Shown piece by piece: positions 41,390 to 51,842 of a stretch of DNA of 64,000 nucleotides (positions are counted from its first letter, which is position 1; each line of letters starts with the position of its first letter). The stretch comes from a bacterium. GTDB taxonomy: Bacteria; SAR324; XYD2-FULL-50-16; G965216635. Location: contig OZ244188.1 of NCBI GenBank assembly GCA_965216635.1, positions 1,120,001 through 1,184,000 on the forward strand, in the 5' to 3' direction. The position numbers and the translations under genes were made by a program. The notes beneath the pieces are model-generated. The model was not told the origin of the DNA. It ran no database searches and was given only the letters and a program-made list of their open reading frames with translations.

Positions 41390-42664
41390 ATGGAATCTCA
41401 AAAAACTATGACGTCAAACAAATTAAACCAAAAAAAGACTATGGAATTTCAAAAAATTATAAAATCACAAGAAATTAGGCAAACAAAAGAAACTGTGAAA
41501 TCAAGCAAAATAACCCTGGCAATTTTAGCTTCGCTTTCGTGCTTGCTTTTACTTTTTGCGGGAGTAAATAATCTGCAAGCCCAAGAAGCAAGACAGCAGG
41601 GTTGGTCTATTGGGGTTAGTCCCTTTTATCTGGGTGCTAAAATAAAAACCACCACAGAAAACACTACTCTTACAGAATACATCAGAAAAACTTCTATAAC
41701 AACGACATTCAGTGCGAGTACCACCGATAATGTATCTTCGGGCGAAACTGCAGGTGCAGAAGGTTTGGCTAATGGTGGTGCTTTGAGTTACAGTTCCAAT
41801 TACGACGCAATAGCAATCGCTGCTGTAGTGGATATTTGTGAAGATGGTAGCTATAGTGCTGGAGACTATACGAATTATCAGTTTGACGCTACTTCTAATC
41901 CAGCATCCTCTACAGCAACGACAGATGAAGCTGCCTGTTTCAACCACTTCCAAGGGATTGTAGCCTCTTTTAGTGAATTTTTAGCAGGAACAGTTGTAGA
42001 TTCTTCTACTACATCTATTTCCATTAGCAACGAAAATACCAGTTTAGCAGGTAACGGATTGCAACTAGGCTACGACTTTGAAAAGTTTCGTGTTTCTTTT
42101 AGCCTACACCAATGGAGTGCGGGAGATAACAAGCTGGATAGTCAAATTGTACTAGTAGATTGGCACCTGCCCTACGGGCTCTATGCAGGAGCTGGTTTAG
42201 CCCAAGCCAAGCTAGAAACAAACGGAGGCTCGGATTCAAAAATAGCCCCCGCCGTTCATCTTGGCTATAAGCGAAATTTTAGCAAAAACTTTTCCATAGA
42301 AGCGGGACTGCTGTGGGTGGGGGCAAAGCTCTCTGTAAAACAGGTGCTTGCAGCACCAGAGCCAACAAGAACCTCAGTAGCACTACAGGCAGAGCCGAGT
42401 CCTATTCCCTCCTCTGTATTGGTAGGAGGTTTTATAAGTAATCCAACTAGCAATTTAGTCGGTCTTGGTTTTTTCGATGATAGAAATAGTGGATTCTTTT
42501 TTACTGATGAAGATAGAAGAATACTAGTAGAAGGAATAGTAACTCCAATTTACACTGAAGGACAACAGGAAACCCTAACTCCAAGAACTGTGCCTACAAA
42601 AACAACGATAGAAGTAGAAGCACCTGCTGCTCTATTTATTCGCTTCGTCTTACGCTTCAAGTAG
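41390..42664 (+). CDS. Probable outer-membrane beta-barrel protein with large Ser/Thr-rich insertions
   Basis: Signal peptide ending LQA; amphipathic strands (WSIGVSPFY, GLQLGYDF, LYAGAGL, VHLGYKRNF, FSIEAGL, terminal LFIRFVLRF). Confidence 0.7.
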   Translation: MESQKTMTSNKLNQKKTMEFQKIIKSQEIRQTKETVKSSKITLAILASLSCLLLLFAGVNNLQAQEARQQGWSIGVSPFYLGAKIKTTTENTTLTEYIRKTSITTTFSASTTDNVSSGETAGAEGLANGGALSYSSNYDAIAIAAVVDICEDGSYSAGDYTNYQFDATSNPASSTATTDEAACFNHFQGIVASFSEFLAGTVVDSSTTSISISNENTSLAGNGLQLGYDFEKFRVSFSLHQWSAGDNKLDSQIVLVDWHLPYGLYAGAGLAQAKLETNGGSDSKIAPAVHLGYKRNFSKNFSIEAGLLWVGAKLSVKQVLAAPEPTRTSVALQAEPSPIPSSVLVGGFISNPTSNLVGLGFFDDRNSGFFFTDEDRRILVEGIVTPIYTEGQQETLTPRTVPTKTTIEVEAPAALFIRFVLRFK

Positions 42665-42668
42665 AAGT

Positions 42669-42701
42669 AGAAACTCCCGCAAATCAAAGGCGGGAGTTTC
42701 T
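42669..42701. terminator. Bidirectional hairpin terminator between convergent genes
   Basis: agaaactcccgc-N9-gcgggagtttct. Confidence 0.8.
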
Positions 42702-42717
42702 CTAGTCTGATCTTGGA

Positions 42718-44028
42718 CTAAAACTGAGCCTCTTCTGTAGAGCCAGTCAAAGCAGTAACCGAAGATTTTCCCCCTTGAATGACTGTGGTTATATCGTCAA
42801 AATAGCCCGCTCCTACTTCCTGCTGATGCGCCACAAAAGTATAACCTTTTTCTATTGCCTCAAATTCTGGTTGTTGCACCATTTCTACATAGTGTTTCAT
42901 TCCTTCGCCTTTTGCGTAGTGATAAGAAAGCTCAAACATACTGTGCCACATATTATGAATCCCAGCTAGAGTGATGAATTGATATTTATAACCCATATCG
43001 CACAATGATTGCTGAAATCCTGCTATGGTTTTATCGTCAAGATTTTTTTTCCAGTTAAAACTCGGAGAGCAGTTATAAGCCAAACCCTGATCGGGATACT
43101 TGGATTGAATCGCATTGGCAAATTTTTCAGCTTCTTTGAGATCTGGGGTAGCGGTTTCGCACCATAATAAATCTGCATAGGGAGCGTAAGCCAAACCTCG
43201 TGAAATTGCTTGATTTAGCCCCGCTTTGACTTTAAAAAATCCTTCCGCAGTGCGTTCTCCAGTAATAAATTCTTTGTCGTAATCGTCCACCTCAGAAGTT
43301 AGTAGGTTGGCAGCGTTAGCGTCTGTTCTCGCTAAAATAATAGTCGGCACTCCTAAAACATCGGAGGCTAAACGAGCAGCAATTAACTTTTGCACAGCGT
43401 CTTGTGTAGGCACTAACACCTTACCTCCCATGTGGCCACATTTTTTGACAGCGGAAAGCTGGTCTTCAAAATGCACTCCAGCAGCACCGCATTCTATCAT
43501 ATTTTTCATCAACTCGTAGGCGTTTAAAATACCACCAAAGCCTGCTTCGGCGTCTGCTACAATAGGGAGAAAATAATCAATGGCTTGCTCTGGTTTGATT
43601 TTTCCTTCGCAAATAGCCTTCCATTGAATTTCATCGGCTCGTTTGAAAGTATTGTTGATTCTACGAACAGCATTAGGAACTGAATTATAGGCATAAAGAG
43701 ATTGATCGGGATACATCTGCTCTGAAGTGTTAGCATCGGCTGCCACTTGCCAACCTGAAAGATAAACAGATTCTAAACCGCCTTTTGCTTGTTGCATCGC
43801 CTGTCCCGCTGTGAGTGCTCCCATACAATTCACATAGCCTTTTTTAGAGGTGTTGCCATAAATCAGCTGCCAAAGTTTATTTGCTGCTTGCTTGGCTATG
43901 GTGTATTCAGGTTGAATACTACCTCTTAATCTAATCACATCTTTTGCACTGTAGGTGCGGGTTGCGTTTTTCCAGCGAGGATTTGTTTCCCAATCTTGCT
44001 GTAGTTTTTCGCTTTGTTGTTCAATCAT
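42718..44028 (-). CDS. aceA: Isocitrate lyase
   Basis: YLSGWQVAAD, PIVADAEAGFGG, KKCGHMGGKVL, YNCSPSFNW, HQQEVG. Confidence 0.97.
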   Translation of the reverse strand: MIEQQSEKLQQDWETNPRWKNATRTYSAKDVIRLRGSIQPEYTIAKQAANKLWQLIYGNTSKKGYVNCMGALTAGQAMQQAKGGLESVYLSGWQVAADANTSEQMYPDQSLYAYNSVPNAVRRINNTFKRADEIQWKAICEGKIKPEQAIDYFLPIVADAEAGFGGILNAYELMKNMIECGAAGVHFEDQLSAVKKCGHMGGKVLVPTQDAVQKLIAARLASDVLGVPTIILARTDANAANLLTSEVDDYDKEFITGERTAEGFFKVKAGLNQAISRGLAYAPYADLLWCETATPDLKEAEKFANAIQSKYPDQGLAYNCSPSFNWKKNLDDKTIAGFQQSLCDMGYKYQFITLAGIHNMWHSMFELSYHYAKGEGMKHYVEMVQQPEFEAIEKGYTFVAHQQEVGAGYFDDITTVIQGGKSSVTALTGSTEEAQF

Positions 44029-44058
44029 ATTTTTAAAGTAGTTGGTAGATAAATAAAT

Positions 44059-44355
44059 TTAGACGATTTTTTTACTAATCACAAGAACAAGTTTTTGATA
44101 TTCTAACCTATCTATTTTTCCTTGATCGAAATCCTGTTCTATTTCTTTTAACCGAATCTGTTTCGTTTGTGCTATTTCTTTTGCAAGCTCTTTTGCAGGC
44201 TCTTTTACTGGCTCTTTTGCAGAGATAGTTCCTACTTGAGATTCTTGTTTCTGTTTGTTTAAATTCAATTTCTCTGTAGGTTGCAAAAAAAGAGGCAAAA
44301 TAATAACACTGAAAAAGGTAATAAATAATAATAGTAAAATAATAATAGAAAGCAT
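44059..44355 (-). CDS. Small membrane-anchored hypothetical protein
   Basis: N-terminal TM, KEPVKEPAKELAKEIA repeats, EQDFDQGKIDRLEY (SHOCT/CcmI-like). Confidence 0.6.
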   Translation of the reverse strand: MLSIIILLLLFITFFSVIILPLFLQPTEKLNLNKQKQESQVGTISAKEPVKEPAKELAKEIAQTKQIRLKEIEQDFDQGKIDRLEYQKLVLVISKKIV

Positions 44356-44367
44356 CTTTATAAAACT

Positions 44368-44396
44368 TTGACAGGAATTGAACTCTATGCTAGACT
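44368..44396 (+). promoter_or_regulatory. Sigma70 promoter with extended -10
   Basis: TTGACA-17-TAGACT preceded by TGn. Confidence 0.65.
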
Positions 44397-44402
44397 AAAA
44401 TT

Positions 44403-45053
44403 ATGAAAAATACAAGACTAATTTTGAGAGCACCGAATCAAGCAAAAAAAGTTTTGCTCCATTCTTGCTGTGCTCCTTGTGCGGGTGAAGTGATGGAGGC
44501 TATAATCCATTCTGGTTTAGATTTAAAAGTTTTTTTTTATAATCCCAACATTCATCCTAAGGAAGAATACGAAATTCGCAAAAATGAAAATAAAAAATTT
44601 TGCGATAAATTACAAATTCCCTTTGTAGATGCAGACTACGATAAAGATAACTGGTTTCTTAGAGTCAAGGGATTGGAGTATGAGCTTGAAAGGGGATTCC
44701 GTTGCACTGTTTGTTTTGATATGAGATTTGAAAGAACAGCTCTTTATGCATCTGAAAATGATTATAAACTTTATTCTAGCTCTCTAGGAATTTCTCGTTG
44801 GAAGGATATGGAGCAAATTAATTATTCTGGTTTGCGTGCCGCTTTAAAATATCCAAATTTGTGCTATTGGACTTTTAATTGGCGAAAAAAAGGAGGTTCT
44901 GAGCGGATGATTCAAATCTCTAAAAGAGAAAATTTTTATCAACAGGAATATTGTGGCTGTGTTTATAGCTTAAGAGATACTAATAATTGGAGAAAAAAAA
45001 ACCAAAAGGCAAGGGTTAAGCGCGGCGTGAAATTTTATGGCAAAATGGAATAA
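44403..45053 (+). CDS. queH: Epoxyqueuosine reductase QueH
   Basis: [35 protein letters not shown]. Confidence 0.93.
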   Translation: MKNTRLILRAPNQAKKVLLHSCCAPCAGEVMEAIIHSGLDLKVFFYNPNIHPKEEYEIRKNENKKFCDKLQIPFVDADYDKDNWFLRVKGLEYELERGFRCTVCFDMRFERTALYASENDYKLYSSSLGISRWKDMEQINYSGLRAALKYPNLCYWTFNWRKKGGSERMIQISKRENFYQQEYCGCVYSLRDTNNWRKKNQKARVKRGVKFYGKME

Positions 45054-45104
45054 AGTTTGATTTATCTAAAATTTACAGTACAATGTATACAACATAGTTG
45101 AATT

Positions 45105-46070
45105 ATGAATGTTTTAGAAATAGAAAAGCCTATTATTGAAATTTCCAAAAAAATTGAAGAGTTAGAAATTTTAAACAGGGAAGAGCCCAATGCGAATTTT
45201 GATGAAGAAATAACAAAACTTTACGAAAAGTTGAATAAATTAAAAGAAACTACTTATAGCAAGTTAGATGCTTGGCAAAAAACCACAATAGCCAGACATC
45301 CAATGAGATTTAGTATTTCAGATTTTGTGGAGAATGCGACTACAGATTTTTTGGAGTTGCACGGTGATAGGACTTTTGCTGATGATCTTTCTATTATAGG
45401 GGGGCTAGCAAAATTGGATAGTATTCCCGTGATGCTAGTAGGGCATCAAAAAGGTAGAAATACCAAAGAAAACTTGATCCGTAATTTTGGTATGCCCAGA
45501 CCAGAAGGTTATCGTAAAGCATTGAGACTTATGAAGTTAGCAGAAAAATTCAGCTTACCTGTTATCAATTTTATTGATACACCGGGGGCTTTTCCCGGTA
45601 TTGAAGCAGAAGAAAGAAACCAATCGGGAGCGATTGCTTTGAATCTGATGGAAATGGCTGGCTTAAAAACTCCACTGATTTCTGTTGTGTTGGGTGAAGG
45701 AGGTAGCGGAGGGGCTTTAGCCTTAGCCGTCACTGACGTGACTTTGATGATGGAGCATTCTATTTATTCGGTTATTTCCCCCGAGGGTTGTTCTTCTATT
45801 CTTTGGAAAACCACTGAAAAAACAAAGGATGCCGCTAAAAGTTTGCGTTATACTGCGCAAGATCTTTTAGATTTAGGAATTATTACTAAAATTATCCCTG
45901 AACCTAATGGAGGTACCCATTTGGATCACTTACAAACTTCACAAAATGTGAAAACAGCTATTTTGCAAAAATGTGAAAAGTTAGCAGAAAAAGATACTCC
46001 TAAGTTGGTAGAGGATAGGATTCAGCGGTTTAGAAAAATGGGGTTGCCTTATATACGTCAATCAAGCTAA
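45105..46070 (+). CDS. accA: Acetyl-CoA carboxylase carboxyltransferase alpha
   Basis: ELHGDR, NFGMPRPEGYRKALR, DTPGAFPG, GEGGSGGALA. Confidence 0.96.
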   Translation: MNVLEIEKPIIEISKKIEELEILNREEPNANFDEEITKLYEKLNKLKETTYSKLDAWQKTTIARHPMRFSISDFVENATTDFLELHGDRTFADDLSIIGGLAKLDSIPVMLVGHQKGRNTKENLIRNFGMPRPEGYRKALRLMKLAEKFSLPVINFIDTPGAFPGIEAEERNQSGAIALNLMEMAGLKTPLISVVLGEGGSGGALALAVTDVTLMMEHSIYSVISPEGCSSILWKTTEKTKDAAKSLRYTAQDLLDLGIITKIIPEPNGGTHLDHLQTSQNVKTAILQKCEKLAEKDTPKLVEDRIQRFRKMGLPYIRQSS

Positions 46071-46081
46071 AGCTATTAAAA

Positions 46082-47086
46082 ATGAACATCACAGCACTAG
46101 GAATTGCAACTTTAAATAATAAGCAAGAATGCATAGAAGCTTTTTACAGCTGGATTTCAGTTAAAGAAGAAACCTACGAAAAAGTCACTAAAAAATACGG
46201 ACAGAAGGGTAACTTTCAAATAAGGTTGGATAGCTTAACAGCAGATATAAAAAAATTAGAAAATCTATTAGAACCGAGCACTACTTTGCAAGCTTTGTTT
46301 GGCAACCAAACATTTGTTTTGGTAGGTATGGTAGAAGATAAACCTATTAAAACAGTGCTTGAAGCTTACCTTAAACTGCACCTTTTATCCAAAAGAATCT
46401 ATAAACCAAATGAGCTGAATTTGGAAAATATTTTTCCTATTTTGCCTAATTTGTGTTGGACAAATCAAGGAGCAGTAGATGTTCGCGAAATTGAAGCCAA
46501 ACAAATGCAGTACCGTTGCCGTGGAGAAATTTTGCATATAAAAAGCGTAGATAAATTTCCGCAAATGTTAGATTATATCTTGCCTTCAGATGTCAGAATT
46601 GCCAATTCAGCAAAAGTAAGATTGGGAGCATATCTGGGAAAAGGGACTACTGTGATGCACACTGGATTTGTTAATTTTAATGCTGGCACAGAAGGTCCCA
46701 ATATGGTAGAAGGGAGAATTTCTGCTGGAATTTTTGTAGGTTCTGGAACCCACCTTGGAGGAAGCTGCTCCACTATGGGAACCCTATCTGGAGGAGGAAA
46801 AGCAGTTATTTCTATAGGAAGAAACTGTCTTATTGGAGCCAACGGAGGAGTAGGAATTGCACTCGGAGATAGGTGCGTTATAGAGTCTGGTTTGTATATC
46901 ACTGCTGGTTCTAAAGTTGTTATTTTGGATAGCAGAAATCAACCTTTAAAAGAAGTTAAAGCAAAACAGCTTGCTCAAAAAGATGATTTGCTCTTTAGAA
47001 GAAACTCTCTTAGTGGTAAAATAGAATGTATAACTAGTAAAGGGGATTTTCAACTTAATGAAGATCTACATAAAAATTTAGCTTAG
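46082..47086 (+). CDS. dapD: Tetrahydrodipicolinate N-succinyltransferase
   Basis: YLKLHLLS, VDKFPQMLDY, VRLGAYLG..TTVMH.GFVNFNAGT, LLFRRNS. Confidence 0.92.
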   Translation: MNITALGIATLNNKQECIEAFYSWISVKEETYEKVTKKYGQKGNFQIRLDSLTADIKKLENLLEPSTTLQALFGNQTFVLVGMVEDKPIKTVLEAYLKLHLLSKRIYKPNELNLENIFPILPNLCWTNQGAVDVREIEAKQMQYRCRGEILHIKSVDKFPQMLDYILPSDVRIANSAKVRLGAYLGKGTTVMHTGFVNFNAGTEGPNMVEGRISAGIFVGSGTHLGGSCSTMGTLSGGGKAVISIGRNCLIGANGGVGIALGDRCVIESGLYITAGSKVVILDSRNQPLKEVKAKQLAQKDDLLFRRNSLSGKIECITSKGDFQLNEDLHKNLA

Positions 47087-47099
47087 CACAGCGAAACTA

Positions 47100-49862
47100 T
47101 TGTTTAAAAAAATGAATATATTAAAGAAAAAAAAAATCCTTTTTTTGGGTATTTTTTTGGTTGTTTTCAGCACTGTCGTTTTTTTTAATTGGAATCTCCA
47201 AAGTCAAGCAGAGAGTGAAGAATTTTATCCTGATTCGGATGAAATTTCTCAAGTTCTAAATCAATTACAATATTCCTATGTAGACCCAGAAAGGCTGGAC
47301 GGATATAAGATCATGCGGAGTGTTTTAGAAAGGCTTGCTTTCAAAATACCTCCTGTAGTTCTCCATATTTCAGAAAAAGAAAAATTTAAATCCGCTGTAG
47401 TCCAAGTAGAAGAAGTTAAAAAAAAATTTAACTTTAAAAAATTAGAAAACTTAAAAAATGTTGATAAAGCTATCCAAGAAATTGTTATTTTTATTAAAAG
47501 AGAACTCAAGGAAAAAGACAGTCTAAAGGCTGTAGAATACCAAGCAATTCGCGGAATACTTTCCCCACTAGATCCACACACTGTCCTTTTTGTTCCCGAA
47601 GCCTATACTGAATTTCAAGCAGATACTAAAGGAATCTATAGCGGAGTAGGAATGTATATAGGTTTTAGAGGTAAACAAATAGTTGTTATCTCTCCCATTG
47701 TAGGTTCACCTGCTTTTAAAGCGGGCTTACAGGCACAGGATGAAATTTTGCAAATAGATGGTGAATCTACTTCTACTTTTACAGTGGGAAATGCCTCTCA
47801 AAAAATAAGAGGAGAAGTAGGCACAAAAGTAAAAATTCTAATCAACAGAAAGGGGTTTTCAAAACCCAAACAATTTATACTTACTCGCGAAAAAATTACT
47901 GTCAAAAGTGTGAATGCACTAGTTTTAAAAACTAAAAAAGGAAGAATCGGCTATATTAGTTTGTCTAGATTTCAACAAAATACAACAAAGCAATTAGAAC
48001 AGGCTTTGAATAAAATCAACTATAGTTTTTCGGATTTTCAGGGAATTATTTTAGATTTAAGAAATAATCCGGGAGGCTTGTTAAGCCAAGCCATCAAGGT
48101 AAGTGATAAGTTTTTGAATAGAGGCGTTATTGTTTCTACTTCAGGAGCTAGAAATGAAAGCAAAAAAACCTATAATTCTCGCTGGTATAACACTGTTGCC
48201 CGTGTTCCGCTTGTTGTTTTAGTAAATAGTGGTTCTGCTTCTGCATCAGAAATTGTCTCTGCTGCTTTAAAACAAAACAATAGAGCACTAATTTTGGGAA
48301 AAACAACTTATGGCAAAGGCTCTGTACAACAACTTCATCCATTTAAAGACGGATCAGCAATTAAGATGACTATTTCAAAATACTTAACTCCTAATGATAC
48401 TTCCATACAGTCCATAGGTGTTACTCCTCATATTGAGCTAAATCCTTTGGTTGTCAGCAAAAACTTAATACAAATTGTAGAAAATGATAAGTATGGTGCA
48501 AAAAGTCTACAGGGTGGTTTCACAAAATGGGGAGATGTTATAGATAAATCAGAAAAGAAACTTACCTTTCCTTTTGATAACAAATTTTCGCACTCCATTT
48601 TTAGTATTGCAGATGATAGAAAAGCCAATTCTGGTTTTGATATAGTGCAACTAAAAAAAGACTATCCTTTGTATCTAGCAGCTAAAATTCTGACAGCTTC
48701 CCATACAAAAAAAACTAATGAAAAACTAGAACTTAAGCAGTTACAAAAAAATGCCTACGAAATCATTGATATGGAAAAAGAAACACAAACAGAAAAATTA
48801 TCTGAAAAACTAAACGATTTAAATATCAAGTGGACAAAGGGTGGTTCTACAAAAATTAAAACGAAAACCCATTTTTGGGTGGAGATAGCACAAGAAAATA
48901 AAAAACCCTGTTTAGTAAAGTCTTCTAACAAAGAAGTCACTGCAGGAGATGAGATTTATTTTTGTGCTGAAGTGGAGAATCTTTCTAGCCAAGAAAGTGC
49001 ACAGCTACAAGCCATAATCACATCCAATATTGCAGATTTTAGTCAAAAGCAATTTGTTTTTGGCAATTTAAAACCACAAGAAAAAAAGATGTGGTATGTC
49101 CCTGTAACTATACACAATATTTTTTCAGAAACTGAAGTTTTTTTGAAATTGCATCTTTCCTTCGCAGAAGAAAAAGTAATTTCATCTCAAGAATTTTCTT
49201 TTCATATTAACGAAATCCCACAATCCTTTTTAGGCTATGAAATTCAGGCTTACAATGCAGAAGGTAAAAAAAAAGCTATAACGCCTTCTAGCAAAATCAA
49301 ACTAGAATTAAATTTAAAAAATATTTCTAAAACTGATTCTGGCATTATAAGTATTTCTTTGAAAAATGGAGAAGGAAATAAGGTTTTACTTACAGAAGCA
49401 AAGGCTAGTATTCCAGTCTTAAAAAAAGGACAAAGCGAAAAAATACAATTTGAGTTTATTTTGCAAAAAGCTTTAAAAGACAAAAAAATAGACCTCTCTT
49501 TATCCATAAAAGATAACACCTATTTGTTTGGTGAAATAGAGCATAATTTTTCCATTGCTTATGAGGAAAAACAAATTTCAACCATTCAAAATTCTCCTTC
49601 TATCATTAGTGTTCAAGATTATCCCTTAGTTTCAAAAAAAAGATCTGTTGTGGTTGATTTTAATATAGAAGATGATACGGGGGTGGAAAGTGTTTTTATC
49701 ATCCAAAATGGGAAGAAGATATTTTATAGAAGATTTGAAGAGCCACAGGTAAAAGATAAAGTAAGCCTGAAACTAGAAGATGGTCTCAATATAATCTCTA
49801 TTTTGAGTAGAGATGATTTTGAGGTTGTTAGTAGGAAAAAAATTCTCATCCAAAAAAGATAA
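47100..49862 (+). CDS. S41 C-terminal processing peptidase with PDZ domain and long C-terminal extension
   Basis: LDPHT, GVG, LDLRNNPGGLL, SASASEIV, TYGKGSVQ. Confidence 0.88.
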   Translation: MFKKMNILKKKKILFLGIFLVVFSTVVFFNWNLQSQAESEEFYPDSDEISQVLNQLQYSYVDPERLDGYKIMRSVLERLAFKIPPVVLHISEKEKFKSAVVQVEEVKKKFNFKKLENLKNVDKAIQEIVIFIKRELKEKDSLKAVEYQAIRGILSPLDPHTVLFVPEAYTEFQADTKGIYSGVGMYIGFRGKQIVVISPIVGSPAFKAGLQAQDEILQIDGESTSTFTVGNASQKIRGEVGTKVKILINRKGFSKPKQFILTREKITVKSVNALVLKTKKGRIGYISLSRFQQNTTKQLEQALNKINYSFSDFQGIILDLRNNPGGLLSQAIKVSDKFLNRGVIVSTSGARNESKKTYNSRWYNTVARVPLVVLVNSGSASASEIVSAALKQNNRALILGKTTYGKGSVQQLHPFKDGSAIKMTISKYLTPNDTSIQSIGVTPHIELNPLVVSKNLIQIVENDKYGAKSLQGGFTKWGDVIDKSEKKLTFPFDNKFSHSIFSIADDRKANSGFDIVQLKKDYPLYLAAKILTASHTKKTNEKLELKQLQKNAYEIIDMEKETQTEKLSEKLNDLNIKWTKGGSTKIKTKTHFWVEIAQENKKPCLVKSSNKEVTAGDEIYFCAEVENLSSQESAQLQAIITSNIADFSQKQFVFGNLKPQEKKMWYVPVTIHNIFSETEVFLKLHLSFAEEKVISSQEFSFHINEIPQSFLGYEIQAYNAEGKKKAITPSSKIKLELNLKNISKTDSGIISISLKNGEGNKVLLTEAKASIPVLKKGQSEKIQFEFILQKALKDKKIDLSLSIKDNTYLFGEIEHNFSIAYEEKQISTIQNSPSIISVQDYPLVSKKRSVVVDFNIEDDTGVESVFIIQNGKKIFYRRFEEPQVKDKVSLKLEDGLNIISILSRDDFEVVSRKKILIQKR

Positions 49863-50854
49863 TGCGTAAATTTTTTTTAATTTTTTTCTCTCTTCTTTTT
49901 CTTATCTCTGCTCAAGTCAAAAAATCACCTGCCAAAAATTTATTGGCAAAGGAGCTAATAGGAGATAAGACGGTTGTAGGTGAGATAAATGGCAAAGTAG
50001 TAAAATTAAAGGAACTCAGAGATTCAGAAATTCAAAAACTGATAGAAGAGCTTCATCAATTAATCCAAATCAAATTTCAAAATAAAGTAGTCACTGATTT
50101 AATTGGAGAAAAAAAAATTATCGTCTCAGAAAAAGAAATTAGAGCATTTTACGACAACAATGAACTATTCAAAAAAGGCACTTACAAAGATCTAAAACCT
50201 AGAATTTTTCAATACCTCAAAGATGTGAAGCAGGCTAAAAGACAAGAGGAGGCTTATAAAAGATTAGTAAAAAAAGGTAAAGTCAAGTTCTCTTTAGAAG
50301 AGCCTAGCAGACTACTGATAAAGATAGCCATAGAGACAGCCTTTGTACGAGGTAATAAAAAAGCGAAAGTAATGCTCTTGGAATTTTCTGATTATCAGTG
50401 TCCTTTCTGCAAAAAAAATCAGCCAGTCATCAATAGTCTGATAGCGAAATATAGCAAAAAAGTAGCTTTTGCTTATCGCCATTTTCCCCTTTCTTTTCAT
50501 AAAGAAGCCGATGAAGCTGCGATTGCAGCGGAATGTGCTAGAGAGCAAGGTAAGTTCCTGCCACTGCATAATTTAATTTTTGCTAATACTTCAGCACTTC
50601 AATTCAGAGATTTAAAAAACTACGCGGTGATGATAGGTATAAAGAACAAAAATCAATTTAATTCTTGTTTGGATAAAAGAAAATATCAAGAACTAGTGGA
50701 TAGAGATATAGAAATCGCTTTAAAAGCAGGAATATCTTCTACTCCTAGCTATATTATTGGTAGAGTTGTAGAAAATAAATTCTTAAAAGGAGAAATTGTC
50801 GTGGGTGCTGTTTCAGCAAAACAGTTAGAAATTGTGATTTTGAGATACTTGTAG
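49862..50854 (+). CDS. DsbA-family thioredoxin-domain protein
   Basis: EFSDYQCPFC, YRHFPLSFH, GISSTP. Confidence 0.88.
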   Translation: MRKFFLIFFSLLFLISAQVKKSPAKNLLAKELIGDKTVVGEINGKVVKLKELRDSEIQKLIEELHQLIQIKFQNKVVTDLIGEKKIIVSEKEIRAFYDNNELFKKGTYKDLKPRIFQYLKDVKQAKRQEEAYKRLVKKGKVKFSLEEPSRLLIKIAIETAFVRGNKKAKVMLLEFSDYQCPFCKKNQPVINSLIAKYSKKVAFAYRHFPLSFHKEADEAAIAAECAREQGKFLPLHNLIFANTSALQFRDLKNYAVMIGIKNKNQFNSCLDKRKYQELVDRDIEIALKAGISSTPSYIIGRVVENKFLKGEIVVGAVSAKQLEIVILRYL

Positions 50855-50918
50855 CCTTTTATATTAAAAAATAGCTTATTAAAATGCTTGCAAAAAATTG
50901 CAAATAAATTTATATAAT

Positions 50919-51169
50919 AGACCTTTGAATTGCGCTGATGCGACGGCTAGCCAAATGGTTTAAACAGGTGCAAAAAAAAAATTGGGTCGCAGGAATACTC
51001 AAGTATTTCAAGGGACAATTTTTTTTTTAACAGCGTAGTGCTAAACACTACAAAACTTAACGTTCAGCAAGAGTGAAATGTGAAACAGCCAGTGGCAGTT
51101 TCACAATAGCCTGTCTGAAGTTTTAAGCAATGAGCCTGTTTTGGCTAAACTAGATAAGCAAATTCAAAA
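50919..51169. mobile_element. Long composite element, right tip missing
   Basis: agacctttgaatt start; ggaatactcaagtatttc, gtagtg..cactac and ccagtgg modules; ends gcaaattcaaaa. Confidence 0.88.
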
Positions 51170-51171
51170 CT

Positions 51172-51297
51172 TTTCATAGATTTCTTCCTATGTATGGATG
51201 GTTAGGTGCAGAAGATCTAAGAAATTTAGAGGTGATAACGGTAAGTGGAGCGGTTTCTTCGCTGATTACAGTAACATTTGGAAAATTAAGAAAATGA
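51172..51297 (+). pseudogene. C-terminal gene fragment abutting the element
   Basis: Open frame FHRFLPMYGWLGAEDLRNLEVITVSGAVSSLITVTFGKLRK* starts at the element junction; its stop overlaps the next ATG. Confidence 0.4.
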
Positions 51298-51336
51298 GGA
51301 GGAAAAATTTTTTATAGCTATTTTTTTCGTATTTGT

Positions 51337-51768
51337 TTGTTTGTTTTTCTTTTTTCTTTGCCTACATCACTGAAGGCGGAAAAGTACACGAAAAACCTCA
51401 CAATTTTTGTCACAGCAATACAAGAGGAAAATGTAGTCGCAATTTTCTTACAAATAAAAATTAAAAAAGGACAGCATATTTACTCTGCAAAAAAAACTTC
51501 TCCATCTATCAGCACTAAAGTGGAACTATTAGATAAAAATTGGCAGTTACAAGAGATTGAAGAATCTGCACCTATAAAAATTTATGATGAAGTTTTTCAG
51601 GATTTTATTTTTGTGCATCAAAATACAGTAGAATTTAAGATCAAAGCTCTCCAAAAAAACAATCAACTGATTCCAAAATTCATAGCAGGCAAGCTCATCT
51701 TTTCTATTTGCGATCAAAAAAGCTGTTCTCTTCCCCAAAGAAAAAATTTCAAGACAAAAGTTTTTTAA
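51337..51768 (+). CDS. Stand-alone DsbD N-terminal-domain protein (natural ATG at 51294 out of frame)
   Basis: IKKGQHIYS, ICDQKSCSLP CxxxxC motif. Confidence 0.75.
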   Translation: MFVFLFSLPTSLKAEKYTKNLTIFVTAIQEENVVAIFLQIKIKKGQHIYSAKKTSPSISTKVELLDKNWQLQEIEESAPIKIYDEVFQDFIFVHQNTVEFKIKALQKNNQLIPKFIAGKLIFSICDQKSCSLPQRKNFKTKVF

Positions 51769-51788
51769 ATTATTACATTTTTTAAGAA

Positions 51789-51817
51789 TTGACTTACTGG
51801 ATAAAAAATTATAAAAT
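51789..51817 (+). promoter_or_regulatory. Sigma70-type promoter for bolA-grxD
   Basis: TTGACT-17-TAAAAT. Confidence 0.6.
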
Positions 51818-51842
51818 CAAATAAAAATATAAAATACTTACA

